Origin: Candidatus Omnitrophota bacterium
GTDB taxonomy: Bacteria > Omnitrophota > Gorgyraeia > Zapsychrales > Fredricksoniimonadaceae
DNA length: 61,339 nucleotides
Assembly (NCBI GenBank): GCA_903836515.1
Contig: CAILQW010000061.1
Coordinates: 1 to 61,339, forward strand
Reading direction: 5' to 3'
The notes under the pieces are model-generated. The model saw only the letters and a program-made list of their open reading frames with translations. It had not been told where the DNA came from and ran no database searches. The translations under genes and the position numbers were made by a program. Below, piece by piece: positions 20,843 to 30,059 of the stretch; the stretch's first letter is position 1, and each line of letters opens with the position of its first letter.

Positions 20843-21633
20843 TCCCCTTCTGGCACAGGACGCTGGTCCCGTGCATGCTTATTTCTCTTCTATCCGCAGC
20901 GCAGGTTTCTGCCGCCCCCGTGAGCCGGGAGCAGTTGTTCCAGCTCGCCACCATTGCGGCCGGAGACCATCAGTTTGAACGTGCCATTGAACTTTTCCAG
21001 AAGATCATCGAAGTGGATCCCAAGTTTGCCCCGGCTTATAACGGGATCGGGCTTGTCCATCAGTCGGATGAAAATGGTTCGCCGCTGGAAGCGCTGCGTT
21101 ATTTCAGGCTTGCCGTTGACATTGACCCTGAATATGCCGAAGGCTGGAACAATCTGGGAAGGGCTTATTATACCCAGGCCCGTTTTGTGAACGCGGAACA
21201 GGCGTTCTTGACATCCTTGCGCCTTAAGCCCGGGCAGACAGATATCGAGTTCGCCCTGGCGTGGGACTATCTTTTGGGGCAGTCGCGCCCCGATGAGGCG
21301 ATTACCTATTTTGAGAAAGTCAGGGCCCGCCAGGATAATCCCATGATCTATTACGGGATCGGGCTGGCGAGCCTCCTGCAGGGCAACCGCATGAGGGTCA
21401 TGGAGGCTGTCACGCAGCTGCGCCATCATCAGAGGGAAGAACAGGCCCTGGGGCTTGAGAAAATGTTGAAGGAGAATGTCCTGATCAATTCAAAGCCGGG
21501 GACTCCGCTGGTGACAGGTGCGCCGCAGGCGGAATCATTATTCGATCATCAACTCAGGGAACTTAACGCGTCGGGGTATACGGTTCCCGGCAAAGAAGGC
21601 ATCAAGGTCAGATTAAAGGGGCCCTTGCTGTGA
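20839..21633 (+). CDS. Exported TPR protein
   Basis: Signal peptide. TPR motifs (DPKFAPAYNGIG, DPEYAEGWNNLGRAY). Confidence 0.85.
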   Translation: MIPFWHRTLVPCMLISLLSAAQVSAAPVSREQLFQLATIAAGDHQFERAIELFQKIIEVDPKFAPAYNGIGLVHQSDENGSPLEALRYFRLAVDIDPEYAEGWNNLGRAYYTQARFVNAEQAFLTSLRLKPGQTDIEFALAWDYLLGQSRPDEAITYFEKVRARQDNPMIYYGIGLASLLQGNRMRVMEAVTQLRHHQREEQALGLEKMLKENVLINSKPGTPLVTGAPQAESLFDHQLRELNASGYTVPGKEGIKVRLKGPLL

Positions 21634-22769
21634 CAAATAAATTTACGGTCTGTGTTGCGCTGGGGACACGTCCCGAGGCCATCAAGCTGGCACCGGTGAT
21701 CCGCGCGCTGCGCACGCTTCCCGGGGTGACGGTCAGGGTCCTGGTGACGGGCCAGCATCGTGGCATGATGGATGAGGCGCTTGACGTGTTTGGCATCACG
21801 CCGGATTATGACCTGGATATCATGCGCAAAGGCCAGGCGCTTTTTGATGTGACGGCCCGCATCCTTAAGGGGATGCCGCGCGTGCTGGCGCAGGAAACCG
21901 TTGACCTGATGGTGGTTCAGGGAGATACCGCGACCACCTTTGCCTGCGCCCTGGCCGCGTACTATCACCGTATCCCGGTAGCGCATGTCGAGGCCGGCCT
22001 GCGTACGGGCGACAAGTACCGCCCGTTTCCCGAGGAGGGCAACCGGCGGCTGACCGGCGTGTTGGCTGACCTTCATTTTCCGCCCACCCCGCAGGCAGAA
22101 CGTGCGCTGCTGCAGGAAGGCGTGTCCCGCCAGAGCGTCCTGATGACCGGGAATACCGTGGTGGATGCGCTTCGGCTGGCCGGAGGACAGGACAGGGCCT
22201 TCACAGATCCTTTACTGCGGGAGTTGGCGGCAAGCCGGCGCAAGATTGTTCTGGCGACACTTCACCGCCGGGAAAGTTTTGGCGATGGCCTGCGTCAGGT
22301 GCTCTTGGCCCTGCGGGATATCAGCATGCTGCCGGGAGTGGATGTGGTTTATCCCGTGCACCTTAATCCGCAGGTCCGCTCTCAGGTGAAAGAGACGCTT
22401 TCTGGCGGGCGGGTTCATCTCCTGGAGCCTTTGGCGTATGACCAGTTTGTCGTGCTCATGAAGAAGGCGCGTGTGATCGTGACGGACTCGGGCGGCATTC
22501 AGGAAGAAGCCTGTGCCCTCAGGAAGCCTGTGATCATCACGCGTGAGATGACCGAGCGGCCCGAGGCCGTTGCCGCCGGGTTTGCCCAGCTTTTGGGGTT
22601 CGACCGAAAGCGTATTGCCGCGGCCGTGCAGCGCCTGGTGCAGGATGATGCCTGGTACCGTCAATGTACGTGCCACAAGAATCCTTTTGGAGACGGCAAG
22701 GCATCGGCCCGTATTGCCCGTGCCTGCCTGCGTTATCTCCAGGCCCATCAACCGCGAGGCAAGAGATGA
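21630..22769 (+). CDS. wecB: UDP-N-acetylglucosamine 2-epimerase (non-hydrolysing)
   Basis: GTRPEAIK, TGQH, VQGDT, HVEAGLRT, FPEE.NR, TDSGGIQEEA. Confidence 0.95.
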   Translation: MTNKFTVCVALGTRPEAIKLAPVIRALRTLPGVTVRVLVTGQHRGMMDEALDVFGITPDYDLDIMRKGQALFDVTARILKGMPRVLAQETVDLMVVQGDTATTFACALAAYYHRIPVAHVEAGLRTGDKYRPFPEEGNRRLTGVLADLHFPPTPQAERALLQEGVSRQSVLMTGNTVVDALRLAGGQDRAFTDPLLRELAASRRKIVLATLHRRESFGDGLRQVLLALRDISMLPGVDVVYPVHLNPQVRSQVKETLSGGRVHLLEPLAYDQFVVLMKKARVIVTDSGGIQEEACALRKPVIITREMTERPEAVAAGFAQLLGFDRKRIAAAVQRLVQDDAWYRQCTCHKNPFGDGKASARIARACLRYLQAHQPRGKR

Positions 22770-23461
22770 TATCTGTTGTAGTTCCTGCTTATAACGAAGA
22801 AGAGGTCATCGGCCGTTTTCTGGAGGCCTGCGTCCGGGATATCCGCCGGGATGTGCCGCTGGAGATCGTGGTGGTCAATGATGGCAGCCGTGATGCCACG
22901 CGGGATCTGGTGCAAGGGTTCACGGCACAATATCCCTTTATCCGCCTGGTCAACCATGAGGTCAACCGCGGCCTGGGCAAGGCGTTGGAGACAGGGATTG
23001 CCGCGGCCCGGGGCGAGGTCATTGTCACCATGGATGCGGACCTGACCCATCCTCCCGCCATGATCCGGGAGCTTGCCGCCGGGCTCAAGGACGCGGACAT
23101 TTGCATCGCGTCGCGTTATGTCAAAGGCGGCGGGATGCAGGATGTGCCGGCCTGGCGCATTGGGGTCAGCCGCATGGCCAATCTTGTCTTTGATCTGATC
23201 TTCTGGACGCATATCCACGACCTTTCTTCGGGGTTCAAGGCTTACCGCGCGGAGCACCTCAAGAAGGCGCCGATTATATCGAACGGGTTTGAATGCCAGA
23301 TGGAGATCATGCTGTATTTCATCAAGCACCATTTGCGTTCCCGTGAGATCCCGCTCATGCTCAAGAACCGTCAGTTCGGCACCTCCAAGTTCCAGGTCGT
23401 GCGGATGGGGATGAAGTATGTGCGCAGCCTGGCGCGTTTTCTGGCATACCGCTGGTCATGA
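22766..23461 (+). CDS. GT2 polyprenol-phosphate glycosyltransferase (DPM1-like)
   Basis: MISVVVPAYNE, VVNDGSRD, NRGLG, MDADLTHPP, IASRYVKGG. Confidence 0.9.
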   Translation: MISVVVPAYNEEEVIGRFLEACVRDIRRDVPLEIVVVNDGSRDATRDLVQGFTAQYPFIRLVNHEVNRGLGKALETGIAAARGEVIVTMDADLTHPPAMIRELAAGLKDADICIASRYVKGGGMQDVPAWRIGVSRMANLVFDLIFWTHIHDLSSGFKAYRAEHLKKAPIISNGFECQMEIMLYFIKHHLRSREIPLMLKNRQFGTSKFQVVRMGMKYVRSLARFLAYRWS

Positions 23462-23462
23462 T

Positions 23463-25115
23463 ATGAACTCTCTGGTCTGGCGATGGCTTACAGCGGGATA
23501 CGTTCAAGCGGGGCTTGTTTCCCTCGGTATTTTGCTGCGCACCATCCATTATCTCGAGAACCGTTCCTTCTGGCAGGATGAGATATGCCTGGCGTTGAGC
23601 ATTGTCAACCGTTCCTTCACGGCAATAGTCCACAACGTCCTTTTGTTCCCTGATTTTGCCCAGGCCCCTCTCTTATTCCAGCTTGTCGAGAAATCTGCTG
23701 TGGTTGTGCTGGGCAATACCGAGATGGCGCTGCGGCTGTTCCCTTTCCTGGCGGGTGTGGCCGCACTTTTTCTGGCGCGTCGTTTTTTTAACCGCCTCCT
23801 GGGCCCTGCCGCGGCGACCCTGGCGCTTGCTCTTTTTGTCCTGGCGGAACCGTTGGTTTATTTTGCAGCGGAACTGAAGCCTTACGGGATAGACGTCTTT
23901 GCCGTATTCCTTGTTTATGAGATGTTCTTCGCCCTGAAGGATCGCTGGACGCCGGGCCGGCTTGTGATATTTATGGCGGGCGGAGCCGTGGTGATATGGC
24001 TGTCCAATGCCATGCTCTTCATTCTAGGCGGGGCCGGGCTTGTGCTGGGGCTGGATCAGCTGCGGCGGCGAGAATGGCACAGGTGCCTGGGACTGGGTAT
24101 TGCCTACGGTGTCTGGCTCATCAGTTTTCTGCTGTTGTACAAGTTGTCTTTAAGCGGGATGCTCAATCCCGAGTTGTTGAAGAACTGGCGTCTGGCCGGA
24201 GGTTTTTCTCCGGATCCGCTTTGGACATGGGGTTGGCTGGTCTGGATGGGGAAGGCGTGCCTTGCGTTGTTCCGTGTGCCGCTGGGTCTGGCGTGGCCGT
24301 ATCTTATGGCGGTGTTTTTTGCCGCAGGGTGCTGGTCATTCTTCCGCCGGGACAGGTTTCTTTTGTGGCTGTTGACAGTGCCCCTGGGGCTGGCGCTTCT
24401 GGCCGGGGTGCTCGACAAGTATCCTTTCTTTGAGCGGCTTGTTATTTTCCTCGTTCCCGGGATGCTGGTGCTTCTGGCGGCGGGGATGCAGGCTGCCGCG
24501 TCAGCCGTGACTGGACGCGGCCAGGCATGGGCCGCCGGAGTCATCATCGCGGCGGTGTTCTGGTTCCCGGTGTCTGCCGCGGCATGGCATGCGGTCCATC
24601 CCCGGGGGAATGAGGATAACCGCGCGGCGATGCGTTATATGGCCGACCATTACCGTCCCGGCGATCTGGTGGCCTTGAGTTCCCAGGCGCAATATCCTTT
24701 CTGGTATTACGGCGAGCGTTTCGGCCTTAACAGCCGTCTGGTGACAAGTCCTGTAGGGACATCGGGCGAGAGGGCCACGTTGGTGATCCAGTTGTTTCCC
24801 AACATGGTGACCCAGGCCGGACGGAATATGCTGGCGTTGCGCCAGACCTTAAGCATTTATGATGCCCGGGGTTTTTATCGTTCGTTCAGGCTGGCGGCCC
24901 GTTCCAGCACCCCGATGTTCGTCCCGGCGGATGCGCCCGCGGCCCTGCAGGGCATGGGGCGGGTGTGGGTCTTTTTGTCCCATCACAATGATGCGCATTT
25001 TCCCGGATTTGTGAACCAGGTTTTTGCGCGGGCCGGAGAGCGGCTGGAATACCTTGAACGCCCGGGTGTGTGCGTGGCCCTTTATAATATCCCTCCTGAT
25101 GACAGAAAGAACTGA
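23463..25115 (+). CDS. GT-C fold membrane glycosyltransferase (PMT/ArnT-like)
   Basis: About 11-13 TM segments. First loop RSFWQDE, LRLFP, ELKPYG.D. Confidence 0.8.
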   Translation: MNSLVWRWLTAGYVQAGLVSLGILLRTIHYLENRSFWQDEICLALSIVNRSFTAIVHNVLLFPDFAQAPLLFQLVEKSAVVVLGNTEMALRLFPFLAGVAALFLARRFFNRLLGPAAATLALALFVLAEPLVYFAAELKPYGIDVFAVFLVYEMFFALKDRWTPGRLVIFMAGGAVVIWLSNAMLFILGGAGLVLGLDQLRRREWHRCLGLGIAYGVWLISFLLLYKLSLSGMLNPELLKNWRLAGGFSPDPLWTWGWLVWMGKACLALFRVPLGLAWPYLMAVFFAAGCWSFFRRDRFLLWLLTVPLGLALLAGVLDKYPFFERLVIFLVPGMLVLLAAGMQAAASAVTGRGQAWAAGVIIAAVFWFPVSAAAWHAVHPRGNEDNRAAMRYMADHYRPGDLVALSSQAQYPFWYYGERFGLNSRLVTSPVGTSGERATLVIQLFPNMVTQAGRNMLALRQTLSIYDARGFYRSFRLAARSSTPMFVPADAPAALQGMGRVWVFLSHHNDAHFPGFVNQVFARAGERLEYLERPGVCVALYNIPPDDRKN

Positions 25116-25116
25116 T

Positions 25117-25458
25117 ATGGAACGATCAGATCGAATGGCTGTGATTGTTATGCCGCGCGAGCCGCTGGTTGACTGGATCAACAGTGTGGCCCCGGATGAC
25201 CCGGTGTGGGTGGATGATTTCGCCGACCGGGCGAACGTGTATTTCATCCCGCAGTACGAGACCCTGGACGAAGCCGAGGAGTATGTGCGCGCCAATTTCG
25301 ACGAAATATTCCGCACTGAACTGGCCGAGTGGTTCGAGGATGAAGCCTCCTGGCCCGGCGAACGAACCTTCGAGATGTTCAGCGAATGGTTCGATGTGCT
25401 CTACGATGTCATGGTCTTCGACTCCCGCTCCTCCCGCCATCCGCATCATCGGAATTGA
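25117..25458 (+). CDS. Conserved acidic hypothetical protein
   Basis: ATG 1 nt after the upstream stop. Trp/acid-rich pattern (PLVDWIN...VYFIP...ELAEW...WP..RTFEMFSEWF). Confidence 0.75.
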   Translation: MERSDRMAVIVMPREPLVDWINSVAPDDPVWVDDFADRANVYFIPQYETLDEAEEYVRANFDEIFRTELAEWFEDEASWPGERTFEMFSEWFDVLYDVMVFDSRSSRHPHHRN

Positions 25459-25480
25459 AGGAATTTCTGTTGGCTATCGC

Positions 25481-25509
25481 TTGACAACCGGGCGTGTACG
25501 TAGTACATT
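25481..25509 (+). promoter_or_regulatory. Sigma70 promoter with overlapping inverted repeat (probable antitoxin operator)
   Basis: TTGACA-17-TACATT. TGTAC-gta-GTACA at 25495-25507. Confidence 0.65.
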
Positions 25510-25530
25510 GTCTTACAGGAGGGTGGAACA

Positions 25531-25755
25531 ATGTCAGTATCAAAGTTGATTAATATCCGGGTGCCGGTCATGATCCAGAAAGAACTGGAAGATATAAGCC
25601 GGAGCGAGCACGTTTCCATCAGTGATCTTGTGCGCGATTCATTGCGTGAATTCCTGGCTGTACGGAAGTTCCGTCGGTTAAGCAAGAATGTGCGTGGGTA
25701 TGCGCGCAGGTCAGGTTTTGTTACGGATGATGATATCCTTGGGTTGAAGGCGTGA
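25531..25755 (+). CDS. Ribbon-helix-helix (CopG-like) antitoxin
   Basis: 74 aa. INIRVP beta strand then helices (VSISDLVRDSLREFL). GTGA overlap with the PIN gene. Confidence 0.8.
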   Translation: MSVSKLINIRVPVMIQKELEDISRSEHVSISDLVRDSLREFLAVRKFRRLSKNVRGYARRSGFVTDDDILGLKA

Positions 25756-26153
25756 GAGTCGTTCTTGACTCGAATGTTCTTGTGGCTGCCTTTGCGACAC
25801 ACGGCGTTTGTCATGACCTTTTAGAGCATTGTTTAAGAAATACCACGATTATTTGCAGCGACTTCATCGCCGTCGAAGTGGAGCGGATCTTGATCACAAA
25901 GATTAAAACATCTCGCCCAACCGCATTGGAAATCATTGGTTATCTCAAGAGCCAGGCTGAGTGGGTAGCGCCGGATTGTCAGGACATTGAGAATCTGCGT
26001 GATCCCAATGATCGATTGGTGATGGCAACGGCTTTATCCGGCAACGCTGATTTCTTGATTACCGGGGACAAGGATTTACTTGTTTTAAAACAAGTTAAAG
26101 ATACTCTTGTCATTCTCCCCAGAGACTTCTGGCTCAAGTGCCAGGCTGTTTAA
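25752..26153 (+). CDS. PIN-domain toxin (VapC-like)
   Basis: MRVVLDSNVLVAA, DPND, ATALSGNADFLITGDKDLL. Confidence 0.9.
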   Translation: MRVVLDSNVLVAAFATHGVCHDLLEHCLRNTTIICSDFIAVEVERILITKIKTSRPTALEIIGYLKSQAEWVAPDCQDIENLRDPNDRLVMATALSGNADFLITGDKDLLVLKQVKDTLVILPRDFWLKCQAV

Positions 26154-26520
26154 TCCGCATCATCATTGAAATAATAAGTTCTCTGCCTGTGCATTGAGCG
26201 GGTTGTTCGTTTCTCCCTTCCGACTGGCATCCAATAATTTATATATGTTATCCAGAATGAACCGGTCATTGTGTCGTTGGGTTCGTGCGGCGGGTCCCGT
26301 TATGTTGTCAAAGTGCTTGAGCATGCACCCCAGGCGCATATTATTTCGACTAAAGGGATGGGATTTATGGCAGCTAATGACGCGGTATATCGCGAGTTAA
26401 ATGGCGATATATTGAAAGGAGAAGATATTTTGTGGAGTGATCTTTGGAAGAGGGCTCGTTGCTGATTTGTCAGGGTTTTTGGGAGTCCACGATTGATTTT
26501 CGTATGCTTCTGTATTGTAC

Positions 26521-26566
26521 CAAGCTAAAAGACCTTGTCCCGTACGGAACAAGGTCTTTTAGCTTG
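26521..26566 (-). terminator. 18-bp perfect hairpin just 3' of the tRNA (terminator-like, possibly bidirectional)
   Basis: CAAGCTAAAAGACCTTGT / ACAAGGTCTTTTAGCTTG, with T-tracts inside both arms. Confidence 0.65.
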
Positions 26567-26573
26567 TATCAAA

Positions 26574-26649
26574 TGGTGGATCGGATGGGAGTTGAACCCA
26601 CGGCCTCCTCATTGCGAACGAGGCGCTCTCCCAACTGAGCTACCGACCC
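26574..26649 (-). tRNA. tRNA-Ala(CGC)
   Basis: 76 nt cloverleaf. Acceptor GGGTCGG/CCGATCC with G3:U70, anticodon loop TTCGCAA, GTTCAA T-loop, encoded CCA. Confidence 0.96.
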
Positions 26650-26766
26650 GAGAAAGTTCTAGAGAACAGGAAGTATATTAACAAAAAAAAATTAAAAAAC
26701 AAGAATTTATCCCAAGAGCTTTGTGGCGATGCCTTGTTCATCCGGGCTTAGCATGACAGCCATAGG

Positions 26767-29262
26767 TCAGAATGACGCGGGCCACTTGACTTTGTACACA
26801 AATATTTTGGTGCGGCCTGTCAGGTCTTGTTCTTTGGCAAAGGGCTTGAAATAGTCGAGGCCTTTGCCGTCAAAGTAATACAATTTCATGATGATCGCGC
26901 CGGCCAGCATCTGATCCATCAAAATGCAGTGCGGGGTGTTCTGCTGGTCGCGAAAAATAACCGCCGCGTAACCGAGTGTGGCGTTGGTAAGCGGCTTTTC
27001 CACCACATGGCCCGAGGCTTCATCAAGATAGACCACAGCCGCCGGGATCCCGTGCCCGAATTTAGGCGAGTTGACCACAACCGACATCTCCGCGGTATCA
27101 AGCATCACGCCCTGGTCAAAGAGGATCCTGGACCCGTTGCGCCCCGCCGGGGAAAGGGTTTCGCTTTGCCGCAGCTGCCCGCCCACAAGGCTCCAGAGAA
27201 AATCAATATAGCCGCGGGAACTGCGGGAGGGGATCTTCTTTAACTGTGCGGGATCGGCGTTGAGGTGCTCGATCCTGGCGAAATCCCATTTGCCCACATA
27301 ACCCAAAAGGACATTGCCTTCCACGATCTCGTTGTAAATAAGGAGATAGGAAGGCGGCGGGGCGGCGTGGGTCAGTTTGAGCAGGGCATCGGCGTGAGCG
27401 GGGCCAAGGATGCCGTTTAAGTAACGGGCGGCTTGTGCGCGTGAGAGAGGTGTGATCTGTTCCAACAGCGGCACAGCCCGTGACAGGGGCCAGCCCAGAC
27501 CTTGGAGGAATTCACAGGCCTGGTTGGAGCTGGTGTTGAGCATACGCAGGAACCCCAGGGCCTCCTGTTCGCTGCGGCTTAAGTAAATCCTGGTCAGCCA
27601 ATAAGCCTGTTCGCCTTTGATCGAGGCGCCGTCAAAGGTCACCTCACGCCGTGCGATGGCCTTGACAAAGTGCCCGGGGGCCCACCAGGTGTCGATCACG
27701 CTGTTGGCCGGGGTTTTGTCGTGCAGGGCGGTGAGGGCGCGATCCCAGGCTGAATTAAAGATGGGGTGAAGGAACGAGGCGATGTTCCGGTTTGTCGCGG
27801 CGATGGGGATCACGGATACCACAAGGAAGGCCGCGATCAGTCCTCCCGTGCTTGTTGAGACCGGGAGTTTCAACCGCACGGCCCATGATGGGCGCGCCTG
27901 CCAGAGTTGTTCCAGGCCAAGGGCAAAGGCTAAAGCGAGCGGGGTCACCAGAAGCAGGGCGAAGCGTTCCGCACTCAAGGCGAGGACAAATGTCACGGCG
28001 GTAAAGAGCGCCAAAAGCAGGATATGATCCGGCGGGCTTTTACGTTTGATGACTGCGTCACGGCCATACATGAAAAACGCCGCGGCAGCGCCCCAGAAAA
28101 CAATGGGCCCACCCGTCAGCATGATAGATTCGGCGGTGGTGCCATGACGGAGTTCACCCACAACAATGAAAAGATCCGGCCAGTCCTTGATGCGCGGCGC
28201 AATGAATTTGCCAAGTTCCGCGCAGGCCAGCGGGATAAGCGCAAGGAACTGGTTTATGCCGATCATGATGGTCAGGCAACCTAAGGCCATAGCGCCTGTG
28301 ATGAGGAGGATGAGGGCCAGATTGGCGCGCCGGGGTTCCTTGAAGATGAAGGCACGCGTTGTCATGAGCGCGAGCGCGGCCATGGTGATGCCCCAGGAAA
28401 AACTCCACCCTGTCCAGAACCGTGCAAAGAGGGCGAAGGAAAGCCCGGCGAGGAGGCTCCAGATGATCGTTTTCCGGGTGTTGTCCAAAGACCTCAGGGC
28501 AAAGGCCGTGAGTCCCAGGTTGAGGGCAGGGAAAAGAACGCTGTAAGAATCGTTGTCGTACCAGGCGTAGGTGCTGCGCTGGAGGTAAATGGGCGCCAGG
28601 GTAAAAAAGATCGACGCGGTGAACGCGGCCGGCCATTGACAGCCCAGCGCGCGGCAGGCCAGCAGGAACGCGGCCAGAACAAACGGGAACAGGACAAGCG
28701 GCGTGAAGGCGACCCCTCGCATCACATCGATCGAGGGATCCAGGAATCTTGCGGCCTTGTAGACCCAGGCGCCGATGTAGGGGTGCCATGTCTGCGGCTC
28801 CCAGTAGCCCAGGGGAGCCAGCATCTTGTTGTTAAAATATTGACTGCCGTTCACCTTGGAACTTACGTCGCCTTGTTCCAGGATGTTCTGGGTCAGATCC
28901 AGAAAGTAATAGGAGTCCGATTCTTGGAGGTAGTGACGGGTTTCGCCGGTCTTTTGAAGCAGCTGCAGGCCGACTTTGTCAAAGGTGTCGCGCAGTTTGG
29001 CGTTTTGGGTACGGACGACCTGATTGAACTGTTCCTGGATGATGCGCTGGCGCTGGGCGGGCGGCATGTCGGGGTAGCGCCGGGCGATCTGTTCGGTGAT
29101 GCTGGCGCGCACTTTGGCCAAGACGAGCATGGTTGCCGATTCATAGGAATCTGCCGCGACATTGTGGGCCAAAGGATAGAGCCGGAAATAAAGTCCGATC
29201 ACCAGCGTGATGAGCCCGCCCATGATCCACGGCACAAGGGGAAGCCAATTGTTTTTTTTCAT
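26767..29262 (-). CDS. STT3/AglB/PglB-family oligosaccharyltransferase with variant WWAPG motif
   Basis: ESDSYY, RSTYAWYDND, VGEL, AERF, about 13 TM segments, soluble domain with TWWAPG and FDGAS. Start placed at MKKNN after the upstream stop. Confidence 0.85.
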   Translation of the reverse strand: MKKNNWLPLVPWIMGGLITLVIGLYFRLYPLAHNVAADSYESATMLVLAKVRASITEQIARRYPDMPPAQRQRIIQEQFNQVVRTQNAKLRDTFDKVGLQLLQKTGETRHYLQESDSYYFLDLTQNILEQGDVSSKVNGSQYFNNKMLAPLGYWEPQTWHPYIGAWVYKAARFLDPSIDVMRGVAFTPLVLFPFVLAAFLLACRALGCQWPAAFTASIFFTLAPIYLQRSTYAWYDNDSYSVLFPALNLGLTAFALRSLDNTRKTIIWSLLAGLSFALFARFWTGWSFSWGITMAALALMTTRAFIFKEPRRANLALILLITGAMALGCLTIMIGINQFLALIPLACAELGKFIAPRIKDWPDLFIVVGELRHGTTAESIMLTGGPIVFWGAAAAFFMYGRDAVIKRKSPPDHILLLALFTAVTFVLALSAERFALLLVTPLALAFALGLEQLWQARPSWAVRLKLPVSTSTGGLIAAFLVVSVIPIAATNRNIASFLHPIFNSAWDRALTALHDKTPANSVIDTWWAPGHFVKAIARREVTFDGASIKGEQAYWLTRIYLSRSEQEALGFLRMLNTSSNQACEFLQGLGWPLSRAVPLLEQITPLSRAQAARYLNGILGPAHADALLKLTHAAPPPSYLLIYNEIVEGNVLLGYVGKWDFARIEHLNADPAQLKKIPSRSSRGYIDFLWSLVGGQLRQSETLSPAGRNGSRILFDQGVMLDTAEMSVVVNSPKFGHGIPAAVVYLDEASGHVVEKPLTNATLGYAAVIFRDQQNTPHCILMDQMLAGAIIMKLYYFDGKGLDYFKPFAKEQDLTGRTKIFVYKVKWPASF

Positions 29263-29267
29263 ATCCG

Positions 29268-30059
29268 TTACTGTATCGGTTTTGCGGCGTCTGCGCAAGG
29301 CATAAGGGGCGTTTTCCTGCGCGAGGCATGCAGCATCAGGAATATCTTGAGAAGATCCAGGCCGCTGGTGACAAAGTCTTTCAAACGGAGTTTGGAGCCT
29401 TTCTTATCGATCCAGATCCGCAGGGGATATTCCATGCAGATGGTGTCTACCGGCGGAAAGCCTTGATGTTGAGTGATAATAAAACGCGCCAGGATCTCGA
29501 CGTCGAATATCCAGTGTGTGGTAAAAGGGGCGGCAAAAATCTGCTTGAGCCTGGTGTTGACACGGAAGAGCTTGGCCCCGCATTGGGTGTCATAAACGCG
29601 CAAGCCCAGGATCATGGAGGTGGCTGTGGCAAAGGCGCGTCCGGCATAGTGCCGCACAGGGTTGCGTTCGATCTTGTAGCCCAGCAAGGCGACGCGCGAG
29701 GCCATGGCGATGTCTTTATGGCCTTGGGTGAGGGCGTTTTCAAGTTCCAGCATGCTTGCGATGGGCGCGGCCAGATCTGCGTCGAGAAACCCGATCAGGG
29801 CGGGGTTCATGGTAAAGCCTTTGAGAAATCCCAGGCGGACCGCTTCCGCCTTGCCGCTGTTATGCGGCAGGTGCAACACGCTGATGTGTCCAGGGGCCTT
29901 GGCCTGAAGATCATCGAGCATCGCGGATGTTTTGTCCGTGGAGCCGTCGTCCACGAAAAGAAGATGAATCGCGGCGTGTTGTCCGGCAAAAGCCAAAAAC
30001 ACGTCAGGCATCAGGCGCTCGGCTTCGTTGTAACAGGGGATGACAATGAGGATGCGCAT
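29268..30059 (-). CDS. GT2 polyprenol-phosphate glycosyltransferase (ALG5/DPG synthase-like)
   Basis: IVIPCYNEAERL, FVDDGSTD, NSGKAEAVRLG, FLDADLA, DTQCGAKLF, WIFDVEIL. Confidence 0.9.
   Translation of the reverse strand: MRILIVIPCYNEAERLMPDVFLAFAGQHAAIHLLFVDDGSTDKTSAMLDDLQAKAPGHISVLHLPHNSGKAEAVRLGFLKGFTMNPALIGFLDADLAAPIASMLELENALTQGHKDIAMASRVALLGYKIERNPVRHYAGRAFATATSMILGLRVYDTQCGAKLFRVNTRLKQIFAAPFTTHWIFDVEILARFIITQHQGFPPVDTICMEYPLRIWIDKKGSKLRLKDFVTSGLDLLKIFLMLHASRRKTPLMPCADAAKPIQ

Noticed and set aside
26194-26465. Short ORFs between the PIN toxin and the tRNA
   Set aside because: No RBS, non-ATG starts and no recognisable motif. They could be remnants but cannot be supported.
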